Part shown: positions 52,361-64,000 of the stretch, piece after piece | How the letters are laid out: each line of letters begins with the position of its first letter | Position numbering within the stretch: position 1 is the stretch's first letter | Assembly (NCBI RefSeq): GCF_009834535.1 | Contig: NC_045697.1 | Coordinates: forward strand, 78,866,001 to 78,930,000 | Length of the DNA stretch: 64,000 bases | Direction: 5' to 3' | DNA from: Camelus ferus | Taxonomy: Eukaryota | Position numbers and translations under genes: made by a program | The notes under the pieces: model-generated | What the model was told of the DNA's origin: nothing | Databases searched by the model: none | What the model saw: the letters and a program-made list of their open reading frames with translations, nothing else

Positions 52361-53579
52361 ATTTTTGATTTTCAGTCACTCACAAGGGGAATTTTTCTCA
52401 GTCATCTAGTTGAATAAGTTACATGCCAAAAATTAGATCTTTTTACTTAAATTTTCAAGTTGTTAGAACTTAATCCAGAAAAAATAAGTAAATAGCAGTA
52501 CAAACAATTAGACAATGTCTGTATGCAGAGGATGAATTGAATACAGAATCATAAGAATAGAGACTGTTGAATGTGCTACAAAAATCTGGAGCCCAGTCAT
52601 ACTGTTCTATTATGATTAAGCTTCATATAACTAAACATAGAACTTTATGACCTTCACATATTTCTTTTACCCCATTTATCATTGTCTAATTGCCACATTT
52701 AAAAACTTTATTTCCACTATTAGACTACAATATTTTTAAAAAGTGTAGAAATATTCCAACATAAGATTTCCTTTATCTCTACTCCCTACAATTCTCTGGC
52801 TTCTCTTCTTATGTACAATTTCCTATAAGAAATTTGACCCCCACAAAAAGCCTTGTAAAAAAATAATGACAGAGATATATATTAAATATTTTCAAAGGCT
52901 TGTTTTAGTTTAAGCAGTGATTTCAAAGGTAAACACTTTGTCAAATTTCCACATTTAGCTGTCTGTTAACAGATTGCTATCAAACTAAATGTCAAAACAT
53001 AATCAAACTCACATTTTATGATTTAACATGTCATAAAACCATTCAGCTGGATTCTATCAATATGAAATTAGTCCTCTAAAAACATTAAATATGTGTTCAC
53101 CAATGATTTTTACCTTCTTTCAAAATTAGTAAACATTACTTATTTTATGAACCTTATATATACTTTAAGAAGAAATCTGTATTTTAATCAGACAATGAAA
53201 TCAACTCCTTTATAAACAGGAATAACATTTGAGTGTTCATTTTTCTTTCTTCTAAAAATATATGAACCAGGGAAGGGGACTGCTCCCCTTCCAAATATTA
53301 TGTGAAAGTTGGCTCTGTATTTTTCAAGAGCCATGTCCCTTCTCTTTTAAGTTTTTACTTCTGTCTTATGTTATAAATACGTCAGTGTCACTCCTTTTGT
53401 ACCATGAGAAAATGACCAGCACTGTGGTCCAGGTGACCATCTTTCCAACTCTTCAAGAACTACGTTGGTCATTGCTTTCTCATAGGAACCCCTCCTTAAC
53501 AGTGCAAAGATTAAGAATCTCCCAATTATTATATAATCAGTTCATAATGGAAACTGGATAAGTCTATACAAATCATTTG

Positions 53580-53950
53580 ATTTAATTCATTTCAATAAAT
53601 ATGTATTCATTAAGTGATTCCTATGTGTCATCATTTTGCTAGGCACTGAGTAACAGAGACAGAAGGAAATTCTTAAGGAACTTACAATCTAGAGACAGAT
53701 AAATAAACATATATTGATATAATGAGGTAAGAAAACAGATAACAATCCACGCAGAGTGCTATAACACCTAGAGAAGGGTGATATGAAGCCCCTTGGCCTG
53801 TCCAAGAGTTGTTCACAGATTTCCTGGAAAAGATAGACCTGAACTAATTTCAGGACAGATGGAAAGATGGACAAAAGTTTGGTCAGCAGAATAGGTGGGA
53901 AGGTTCTCCCAAGCACTCCCAACAGATTGAAATAAAGTAAAATAGAGAAG
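53580..53950 (-). mobile_element. L2 LINE 3' fragment
   Basis: attcatttcaataaatatgtatt...cctatgtgtca...tgctaggcactgag...aaggaacttacaatctag. Confidence 0.7.
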
Positions 53951-53959
53951 TGTGGTCAA

Positions 53960-54292
53960 AATGTGGTTTCTCTGAAGTGGACACTAAGTGTGGGATATTA
54001 TTAGGAGCAATACCTGTGGAAGGGAGCAGAAGAAAGTAGAACTGGGCAGAGAGGGAAACTGAACTATGACACAAGATGTCCAAGCCTCTGCCAGCACTCT
54101 GGGGAGCTTTGGAGCCAGATATTTATATCCTTGCCTGGCTCTGTCACCAGATGCAGGATGTCCAGAAAGAAGAGACCTTGGGCAAGGCAGCACTCTGAAG
54201 CTGAGGCAATGAGAGAAGTGGCTGAGAGCTGGAGTCAACTGGGCAGCAAGTCCTTCCTGGAAAGGGGTCCAAACAGTGTCTCCATGTTTACC
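53960..54292 (-). mobile_element. ERVL-type LTR (LTR33/LTR16-like)
   Basis: caatacctgtggaagggagcagaagaaagtagaactgggcagagagggaaactgaact...ggggagctttggagcc...ccttgggcaaggcagc; family from recall. Confidence 0.6.
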
Positions 54293-54401
54293 AAAAATGT
54301 AAACCTAGTAGATGTCTGGTATATTAGACTGTAAATTTCCAGGCAGTAAATGGCAGGAAAAGACGCTGAAAAAGTAAATTTTCAAAGTCTTATTCCCACA
54401 A

Positions 54402-54570
54402 CAATGTGCTAGTCTTGCTAGGGAGAGCTGACTATGTTCATATCTTCCCAACTCTACATTCAGTGACATTACTTTGGTATCGTGAAATCATCTTTGATAA
54501 AAGTATTTGCACTATGGAAATTGGCAAAAGTTACAAATCAAGGCTTTATTTTTCTGAAAGCCATTTTTCC
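54402..54570 (+). mobile_element. MER63-like hAT element, second copy
   Basis: tcttcccaactctacattcagtgac...gtatttgcactatggaaattggcaaaagttacaaatcaaggc; reverse-complement similarity to 16580-16790. Confidence 0.75.
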
Positions 54571-57500
54571 TTCCTGTGTCCATAAACCCAGGTTTGAACT
54601 ATGATGAGTTTAAGCCCTGGGTAAGATAGCACTCTATATAATCTGTTTAAAATAGGAGTGGTCATAGGCCAATAACACCCATCTCTTTATGTTGAGATAA
54701 GTAAAGATCCTTCCCTTTTCATTTTCTACTCCTGCCACTAACCTCAAATCTGCTTTGGTAAGTTGCAGTAGTTTTAAAGGATAATTCATTCATGACAAGT
54801 ATTCTGTTTTCACACATATTTAAGAATATGTATTGAAGGCCTACTATGTGTTAAAACTAACTAGGTACTGAGAATTCAACAGAAAGTAAACAACAGACTT
54901 AGTTCCTACTCTTAGAATTTATAGTTGAGATTATATATTTATTTTGTAATTAAATAAATCAAATAAATTACAAAATAAACATGTAATCACAAATGGTGAT
55001 TATAGGAAAAGACAGAGTAAAAGATATTTAAATATCTTTGATGTTTTAACTTACTATATCACCTAAGTAATATAAAATAAAACATTATGCTTTAGACTCT
55101 AAAAATTAATGACATAGTTTCATAGAAAGCCAATTATAATTATTTTTAAGAAACTCTACCTTATCCACTATTATGAAAGCCCAGCAGAATATTGATATAT
55201 TTTTTTCCAAAAATGCCCATATATGCACCTTGGTGATGACAGGGCTTCACTTGTTTCATTTACTATATCACCATATTCATATGCTATATCATTAAAATAT
55301 AGACAGAAAATTTTGAATTTATGAATGAATAGTATCAAAAAATTTTCTCCTTAGGCCACTGTTATTAACTTTGTAAAGAATGTCTCATGTAAGAAGCATA
55401 AAATTACAAAATAAACCCTCAGCTCTAGCATTCAGTTTTTTCTAAACCTGCCAACTCAAAGATTATTAGTATAATTCTCTGGTTAGGACAAAACATTTGG
55501 CAAAGAAAATGCAGATTCTCACCTTCAAATTCATATTCCTGGGCTGATTATATGGAGAAAATATCTGAATTCTATTTATTATTTCTATTTTAAGGAAAAA
55601 ATAGTATTTTGTTCTTGGAAAAGGCTGAGACTTATGCCTGATCTATATTTAACAATATATGAAAGAGAAATTGAACATCTATTCATGGTACCACATTTTC
55701 TATGCGGATTCCTATCCATGACGAGCATGCCACTAAAAGTACATATCAAAATCCTGTTTTAGAGGATTTGGAAAGTAACACTTCTATTTGTGACACCACA
55801 ATTATGCGCTTGTGGATTCTGATCAAATAAAAAAAATAATTAATCCAGGACAACCTGCCTCTACTTCCTATGGTCAAGATTTAGATTGAACAAGATTTTG
55901 CCATTTTTAATATCTATTATCTTCACACCAAAGTCATTACAAAGTACATGTCTAGAATCAGATGAAAATTTATAAGTGTTTCCACTGTGGATTGCACCAA
56001 AGAGTTAAAACACCCCAACGCATTATACATATATTCATACATAGGGCCAAAGGGATACCATTCTCATTTTTCATCATCAAGGCATTTATAAGACTTCTAT
56101 CTTCGTTTGCTTTCATGACCTCTAGCCAGAAAGGCCAAAGTAAATAAAGGTCAAGATAGATGTCAAATCAAGCAATTACTAAACAGGGAACTTGGCTGTG
56201 ACCCTCAGATTAGAAATGGTGACCTGTCACAGCAACAGGGGAAAACCTTCCTGTAACTCCTTCTCCCATTTTATGAAATACAATCTAGATTTCAGCCTAG
56301 ACTGAAAAAAATTGATATCCTTCATTTGCGTTTTAATTTTTTCCACCATTCACATTGGGGTTGTCCTCCCATCTTCTCCTTGCCTATAGGCGCTGAATTG
56401 TAGACACTTGAGAGGAAAAATTAGTGGGAATTGGGAGCAGCAAGGGACAACGTGCCTATCATGAAAAATGAGAATGACCCAACACAACACAAAATGTTGC
56501 AATCTTACTTTTATTCATGTAACTTTACTTGGAACTGCATGAAATTTAGATAATCTGCAAAACAGCAGTGATCTCAGTCAATAATACTCGTATTTTTTTT
56601 TCTTCAGGGCCCAGCTACAGTAACAACTTTTTGAAATATTCTTTGGGAGGTAACTAAGATTCACAAATTTGTTTATATATCTGGACTCCTGTAATCTCTA
56701 GAGTCTAACTGCTTCCTCTTTGATTCCAAAAAGATGCAGCTCTTCACTTCAGAGAGTGAAAAATGTTATCTTTCTTACCTGTGTTAACGTTACAGCCCAC
56801 ATTCACTCTTGAATTCCTCCACTCCTTAAACTTCCTGTCCTTCAGAAGACCTATATTATTAGACTTCTCATTGTCAAAAAATAAAAAGAAAAGGTTTACC
56901 TATGAATTTCAAGTTGAGGCAGAAAAGAAGAAGGGAACCCTAAGTCACAGCAATATTGGATAATGGAGTCTTACAACAAGACATCTTACTTCTCCTTTTC
57001 CAGCTTGACTTGCCACAATTCACAAGGGAACATCAGCAATTAAACAAAAGATATCGCAGTTATATCTCCTGATAAATTATTAAATTCAGTTGAATCATGG
57101 ATTTGGACTGTTGAGTATAATTGTTTCAATAAAATTAATTAAGTCAAAGAAAATCTCATTTGAAAATCTGACTTTGAAATAAGCAACAGAAAAAATATCA
57201 GGGCCAAAAACTAATGAACAAACAAACAAACCCCTAAAATGACATAAACATCATCCTGTTATTGGAACACAGGCCTGTAACTCCACTGAGGAAGAATTAT
57301 CCAGGAAAAAAATTTTTTTTCTGAAAATGAAAGTCTTACTTTTCAAAGATTCTTTCATTAGCAAACTTTAAACATTGACCCTAAAGGAAAAATATGTATG
57401 TATCACTTTAAAGTAATTTTTTTTCAGACTCCACTCAAATCCAATTCTTCACTGAAAAAAATAAAATAATTCAAAGATTTTCTTTGCTGCACACTACTAA

Positions 57501-58791
57501 AAAATGAAATAAAAGGAAAAGTTCCCCATATCAAGATGACAGCCAATGCCAATTCTATGTAAACCACACCTTTTAACTTTATTATTTTCTGTCCCTATGC
57601 TCACTGTTTTCACTTCTTTGTTCAAGGAGTCTAATCAGAGATTCTAGTGGAAAGTTTGGTCTATTATTATTGTTGTTATACCTGGTTCTTCTAGTCACCA
57701 AAGAAGCTAAAGTAGCATAAGTGCTTTGAATAGTCAGTTTAGAAAACATTACACCCTCCAGGGATTCCTTCATAGATTACATTAATTTTAGAATATTATT
57801 TCTTCCAAAAGCATAACACACAAGGCTGCCAGCAAGGGCAGCAATGAACTAGAAATTCCATATTTTTTGTTTGAAAAGAATCATCTTCACCTCTACTGAA
57901 TTCATTTTTATTTACAAAATTCCCAGAGTTGAGGCTAAATAAAAGAATTCAGCTAGCAGTCATTTTGAATTACTACAGCCTATTTCTCCATTGTGTCTGT
58001 GGTTAACAAACTGTGAATGAATAAGACTGAAGATGCAACCTGTGATGGCTTGACATGTTTTCTGTTTCCCTAAGAGGTGTGGCCAGAGTTAAAAAAAAAA
58101 AAATGTGTACTGAAAAATAATTGTCTAGGCGCGAGAACCTGGCATTTAGATAGGAGTGGATTCCCTCTAAATTTTACCCCAGTGGCTCCAAGATATGAAT
58201 CACAGAAAACGGGCAACTCCCTGTGGCCAGCATTCCTTCTACCCACCTTTAGTAATGCCAATTAGCCTAGGTGGGGCCAATATGGGGCTAATCTTACATA
58301 CTGAACCATTTTAGTAATACTCTTTCCCTTTGGACAGGGGTCTGTGAGGTTCAGGCAAATTTAAAATAAAATTAGTTTAAGGGAAGGGAAAAGTTAGACT
58401 TTAAAGTTGGAAAAAAAATTAAACTTTAGTCAGTGTTATTCTAATGTCTTTCTTACTCCTTTTGAAAACTTTGAAATAACTCAAGAAAGCATAATAACCT
58501 TCTCTGCAATTATCACTAAGCACTGAGAATGCCAAAAGTGTGTTAACATTTGTTTCAAACCCCCTTCCTTTTAGAAGTGTAGTTCTCAAAGACTTAGATA
58601 AAAAATGAATGCAAAATGCAAAATGAATATAGGAGACTGAAGTTCTTCATAATGAATCATTTTAGTACCGTCCTAAAGAGAATATGTGTTAAATAGCACC
58701 TATTATAATTTTTATATACAGTTATTCTCCCAAAAATCTATAAGCAGTACACAAATCAATGCCTAACCTTTACCAAAATATTCTAATAATC

Positions 58792-59335
58792 ATATATACA
58801 ATGGAATATCATTCAGTCATGAGAAGGAAGAAAACCCTGCCATTTGAAACAGCATGGATGGACCTTGAGGACATTATGCTAAGTGATACAAGCAAGACAA
58901 AAACAAATACTACATGGTACCACTTATATGTGAAATCTGAAAAAAAAAATCTAACTTATTGAAATACAGAGTAGAAAAGTGGTTGCCAGGGCCTGGTAGG
59001 GTAGGGGAAATAGGGAGAGGCTAGTAAAAAGGTATAAACTTTCAGCTGTAAGATGAATAAAGTTTGAGGATCTGATGTGTAACATAGTGACTATAGTTGA
59101 TAACACTGTATTGTATAACTGAAATTTGCTAAGAGATTAGAACTTAAATGTGCTCACCAAAAAAAAAAAAAAAAAAAAGAAAGAAAGAAAGATAAATATG
59201 TGAGGTGATGTATGTGTTTAACTAGATGTGGGGAGTCCTATCACAATGCTTATATAAATATAAAATCACTGTAACACATACCTTAAATATCTTATAATTT
59301 TATGTCAATTACACTTCAATAAAACTGCAAAAAAA
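58792..59335 (+). mobile_element. LINE-1 3' end (L1MA9-like)
   Basis: tacaatggaatatcattcagtc...gcatggatggaccttgaggacattatgctaagtga...gtgactatagttgataacactgtattgtataactgaaatttgctaagag...tcaataaaactgcaaaaaaa; internal A/(AAAG) expansion at 59159-59191. Confidence 0.9.
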
Positions 59336-59379
59336 CAATCAATCTACAGTGAAATTATACACATGTAAAAATTCAGAAC

Positions 59380-61020
59380 AATTTCTTTGATCCTCTAACA
59401 ACCTCATAAAGTGGGAAAAGTTAGTAATTTTTCCATTTTTAAAGATGAGGAAATTGAGATTCAGAATAATTATATCTGTGGTCTCATGCTAATTATTGGA
59501 AGAGTAGGTTAGATTCAAGGCCTTCTGGATTCCCACATTTCATTTCATATTCACCCTGTCAATATGGAGTTCAGCCCTCAAAGTTTTACGTAATCTGTCT
59601 GTTCTTTAGGAATTCAGAAGAAGCATAAGGAAGTTACTTGAGGCTTCATGAGCATGAGGGCTTTGAGCAGAGCCTTAAAAGTGGACCAGTTAGGCTAGGT
59701 GAAGGGATAGAAGAAAAGTATGCCAGGAGAGGAAAACATAGTCAAGTAAAATTAATAACAACAGCATTTATTAAGCACATATTATCAGATGCTGTACTGA
59801 GCACTTAACCTACATTATCTTATTTTCTCCTCAATATACACATGCATTAAGTACTTCCTATTAGGAAACTGAGGCTTAAGAAACCAAGTAATTTGTTCTG
59901 GGTCACAGAGCTGGGAAAGGTCAGAAGCAGTACTGGATTCTAGCTCTGCTCTATTTGACACCCAAAGCCAAACTCTTAACTTTTATTCTCTACTACTTCT
60001 GGACAAAGGCATGAGAGGGAATGCGGCATGTGTGACAGTCACGTTGAGAGTGGAGGAAAATACGGCTGGATAAACAGATTGGGACAAAGTTATACAGTGC
60101 CTGAAAATTTTTTAAAAATTAGATTTCATGTACTAAGCAATGGGACCTCTTTACAGGTTTTTGAACAGGAAGAAAGATGATAAAGGGAAGTATTCAAAGA
60201 ACGTCTTATGGCAGGAAGATGGAGAGAGTAAAAGATGAAGATAAGGGGGCTATTTAGAAAACTAACCTAATGGTTCAAGTATGAAATGAAGAAGATCTAA
60301 TTCAGAGTGGTCAGCGTGATCATGAATCAGAAGAAAAGGATATAGAAAACAATTAGAAGGAATAATCAACATAATTTCATGACTAAGTAGATGCAAGGAC
60401 TGAAGCAGAGGAATGATGAGTCAAAGATGACTGGATGGTTTCAAGCCTGGAGGACTGAAGAGTAAAACTGAGAGAGGAACCTGTGTTGGAAGAGCGTGAG
60501 TCTGTGTTGAGGCATGTTGGATTTTAGTGACAGGTGAGTAGGCAATTGGCTATGAGGACTCAGTGTCAGGTATCAGAATATACAGCCATTAGAAACAATG
60601 GCTCTGCACAACCATAAAAGTTGCTGAATTCGCTGCTGAAGATCATGGAAAGAGAAAAAGTAGGGCTGAGATTTTAGTCTAAGGAGTTTCTGTAAATAAG
60701 GGTGCCTGAGAAGAATGAGGAGGCACTCAGGAAACAGACAAAAGACCGATCAGTTTCTTTCCTTTAAGGGACTTACCATTTGCCTGGGGAGACATCATTA
60801 GCATGCATGAAGCAACATCAGTGTAATTACTTTTCTTCACTGGAATATAAGCTCCATGAGAGCAGGACTAGCTTTTAAAACAGGACTTGGCATATTTTAG
60901 AAGTTCAATAATATTTGTTGAATAAATGAGTAATTCATTGTATATCACATCTCAGCAACTAGCCCATTGTCTGACAAACAGCTGGTGCTCAATAAAGCTT
61001 GTTTAACTGGATTGAACTAT
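59380..61020. mobile_element. Cluster of MIR and L2 fragments
   Basis: MIR cores ccatttttaaagatgaggaaattgagattcag (~59433) and aggaaactgaggcttaag...ggtcacagagctgg (~59863). Antisense L2 body 60000-60720. Sense L2 tails aatataagctccatgagagcagga...tcaataatatttgttgaataaatga. Confidence 0.7.
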
Positions 61021-64000
61021 ATAATTCTATCTTTATTCCTAAGGAGATCTCATCTGAAAGTCATTAATTCTGAGATTCTAGACAAGTTCATTAAAAATTC
61101 AAAGAAAAGACACATATTGAATTATAGAAGGTAAAAATTTTAGAGCGGCCTCGAAAGAAAGGGAAAATCTAAATGAAAAGAAAGAAGGAAGTACAGGGGA
61201 AAAAATGTCGCCAAGGCACAGAGGCAAAAACTGAATTTGAGATATCTGTACACTAGTTAAAATTCTGGATGTAAATAAAGGAGATAAATTAAGGAAACAT
61301 GAAAAATACCATTGCTTAGATTGTGGTGCTAGTAACCAATAAGTATGTCACACACCTTCATGACTGGCTTGGGCAATAGGAGAGGAATGTGACCATGCCA
61401 GGTTTGTGACCTGAATGACTATAAAAATGATGACAATAGGAGCTCAAGTGGAGAGGAAGATTGTCTTTGGTTTTAAACATGAATGCCCCAATATCTCTGT
61501 TAGGGATCATTTGAATGAAATTCACTCAAACCAGCTCAAGTGAAAATGGGACTCATTAGGGATGAAATATAAAATTTTGTAGGCATCAGAGAAAATTTTT
61601 AAATGTACAACTTGGCCAGCATTACACTTGTAAAATCAGGAAACAGAGCTGATAGCCTTTTCTGTCATTATACTGCATCATCTGTCATGATTCTGTGCCT
61701 CTGATCCATTTTCCAGTAAGTCTCTATAGCCTAGCTTCTTATGCTTTTTCAAGATATTTTTGCTCCTTCAAGACTTTCAGCTCAGGCATGACTTTGGCTT
61801 GTCATGATGCCAACTCTGCATGAACATCCAATTTTTGTGCTTTCTTTCTTAAAAATGTCTCACATGCTTCCACAAGAAACCTACTACCACTGCTCTACTT
61901 TTTTAAATAAAATCACATAAAGTCAATAATTAATTGTATAAGCAAATTAATTTTATGTTTACTACCAACTTCAAGTATACATATTGATTAATTCCCTTTC
62001 AGTTTGATATTCATTTATTGCCTCAAAAAGCCTACTTTCTACCTCTCATGTTACCTAAAATAAAAATCAGGAGATATCACTCACTACCTCAGTGACCACA
62101 ATGGCCAAAAATTATTAGAGGAATGAATAATCAGTAAAATGTACCCAAAAGAGATTAACAGGTGATAGAAGAAAAGTGACAAAACCAAAAATCATACATG
62201 AGTAACAGAATTTGATTAAGAATAGCCCAGTAGCACTGAAGATTCAACAATTTCATCTCTATTATCTTAGGTGGTTTATTTTATATTATTTCAATAAATG
62301 GAGCTAACTATTTTCCAATGTGATAATTAAGATTCACCAATGGGGTCTGAAAAAGCCCGGAAAGAAGTGGCAAATAGCATAATGAATATTTCTGAACTTT
62401 CAGCCAATAGAAATTGATAATTGTCCCATGATGTATGACTGATCTTAGCTGATGTCTACATCTGATTTTTGAAGCAATCCAAGGTTAACCTTAGTCATTT
62501 AAAAGAGCAAGAGAGATTTGAACATGTTTCAGGATTTCAAGTGAGTAATGAGTTTATCATTTAACAGGCACTGTAATAAAAAATCTGTTGATGGTGAAAA
62601 GGAAATGGATATGAAAATAGAGATTTGTCTCTGGAGAATCACTTTCTCATGGTATTTCCCTTCTCCATCAGCTTTAATAATCCAGAGTTAATTACATTAT
62701 CTTTAAATTCTTCTTGAATTATTCTAGTAGCTACTCTACCAAATATAAAGCAACATTCTTAACCTGAGTGCCACCAAGATATGAGTGGGCAACTGAAAGA
62801 CTATAAGAAATGATAGATATGAAGTACTCATTCAACTGAAAGTGGATTTTTCTGACAAATACTATGATTTCTGTCCCTCTTTACAGGGCTGTAAGATAGG
62901 TCTTACAAACTGATCTGTAATTTCTAAAAGGTAAAAATGACAACCGCTCATTTGTACTTTACAGAGAATCACATGGATTAGAACTAAGGTATTAACTCTA
63001 TCAGTTGAACAGCTAAGAAAATATCTTTGAATGTTCTAAACCAAATAGGCGGATCTTGTTAATCTTTTCTTGATGAGATTTCATGGCTCCAGGAAAGAGG
63101 CAAGGCCTCCACCCACACAAAAATTCTCTCACTTGTGAGCCAATTATCTGAAATTTCTTTACCAGAATTTTATCCCTTTGGTTGACAACTTTGATCCTTA
63201 TAAAAATACTTATTCGTCTGTTGGGTGTAATAATTCTCCCTGTTCCCAGAGACAATTCCTAACTACTTAATTTTACCAGGCCTAGCTTTCCTGGTGAGAT
63301 AAATCTTTTGCATTTGATGTGCTCAGGTCCAGCAAGTATTTCAAGATAAAAGGGCAGAGATAGCACCAAACTATAGGCCAGAAAAATAAACTATGTCAAA
63401 TGTTAGTATGAAAGAGTCTCTTGCAATTTATTTGTGAATACTTCATAAGGATCTCTTGAGAAAACAATTTTAATTTTACTAAGCTACAGACTGCAAAAGT
63501 ATGTTTTTGTAATTCATGGTACACAAGACCATTAGATACAAATTTTGAAGTAAAAAAAATCTCTTTTAAAATATAATCGTATTAAAATTTTATAGAAAGG
63601 CGGTAGTTCCTACCAATCCCTTAAAGTAATCTTTTTTGGTTTTTCAAATATGTTTAATAAGCCATATGGGAAAGATTGCAGAAGGCTACATTGATATTTC
63701 CCAAATATGAAGAAAATAAAGGATAACTAAAATCAGTAAGTCCATTATCACCTATAGCCTGAAATATACATATATATATATATCCTCATGTCAGACCTGC
63801 TCTGTTGCCTTATGCAGTATTCCACAAACATAAAAATTCCCCGTGCCTAGATGTCCATAAGTCTTTTCTAACTGGTTCATTTATCCTCCTATTTACCTCT
63901 TCACAATTTCTAACAGCCCATCTTTAAAGTGTTAAAGATTTTTTGAAGATAAAATTTTATTTGGTTTAATTTAAATCTTTCAGAGTGTAGACAACTCTGT

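Noticed and set aside
1..64000. CRISPR arrays, operons, prokaryotic or viral defence systems, rRNA/snoRNA/miRNA genes
   Set aside because: This is eukaryotic intronic DNA. I saw no regularly spaced repeats, long ORFs or recognisable structured-RNA genes. A covariance-model (Rfam) search would be needed to exclude small RNAs fully.

Overview
Mammalian genomic DNA, AT-rich and CpG-depleted. It is most likely camelid, because it carries a Vic-1-like tRNA-Ala-derived SINE. Most of the window is intronic/intergenic sequence with a normal eutherian repeat load: L1, L2, MIR, MaLR/ERVL LTRs, hAT fossils and a probable Helitron remnant. The one clear gene signal is a small CpG-island promoter at about 44.4-44.7 kb with NRF1-like and YY1-like motifs. 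It is followed on the minus strand by two closely spaced spliced exons (44519-~44596 and 44060-44166), so everything to the left is probably a very long 5' intron. I recognise no protein-coding exon and cannot name the gene. The ORF-track entries are chance ORFs or L1 fragments. I found no evidence of a novel multi-gene system. The most unusual items are small mutational fossils: a tailless half-SINE with a 16-bp target-site duplication (TSD), a 34-bp templated insertion copied from 758 bp away with an 11-bp TSD, a twin-primed inverted L1, a Helitron-like element, and a spliced strong-Kozak ORF in the first two exons. Repeat family names come from recalled consensus similarity, not from a database search, and repeat boundaries are approximate unless junction sequences are quoted.
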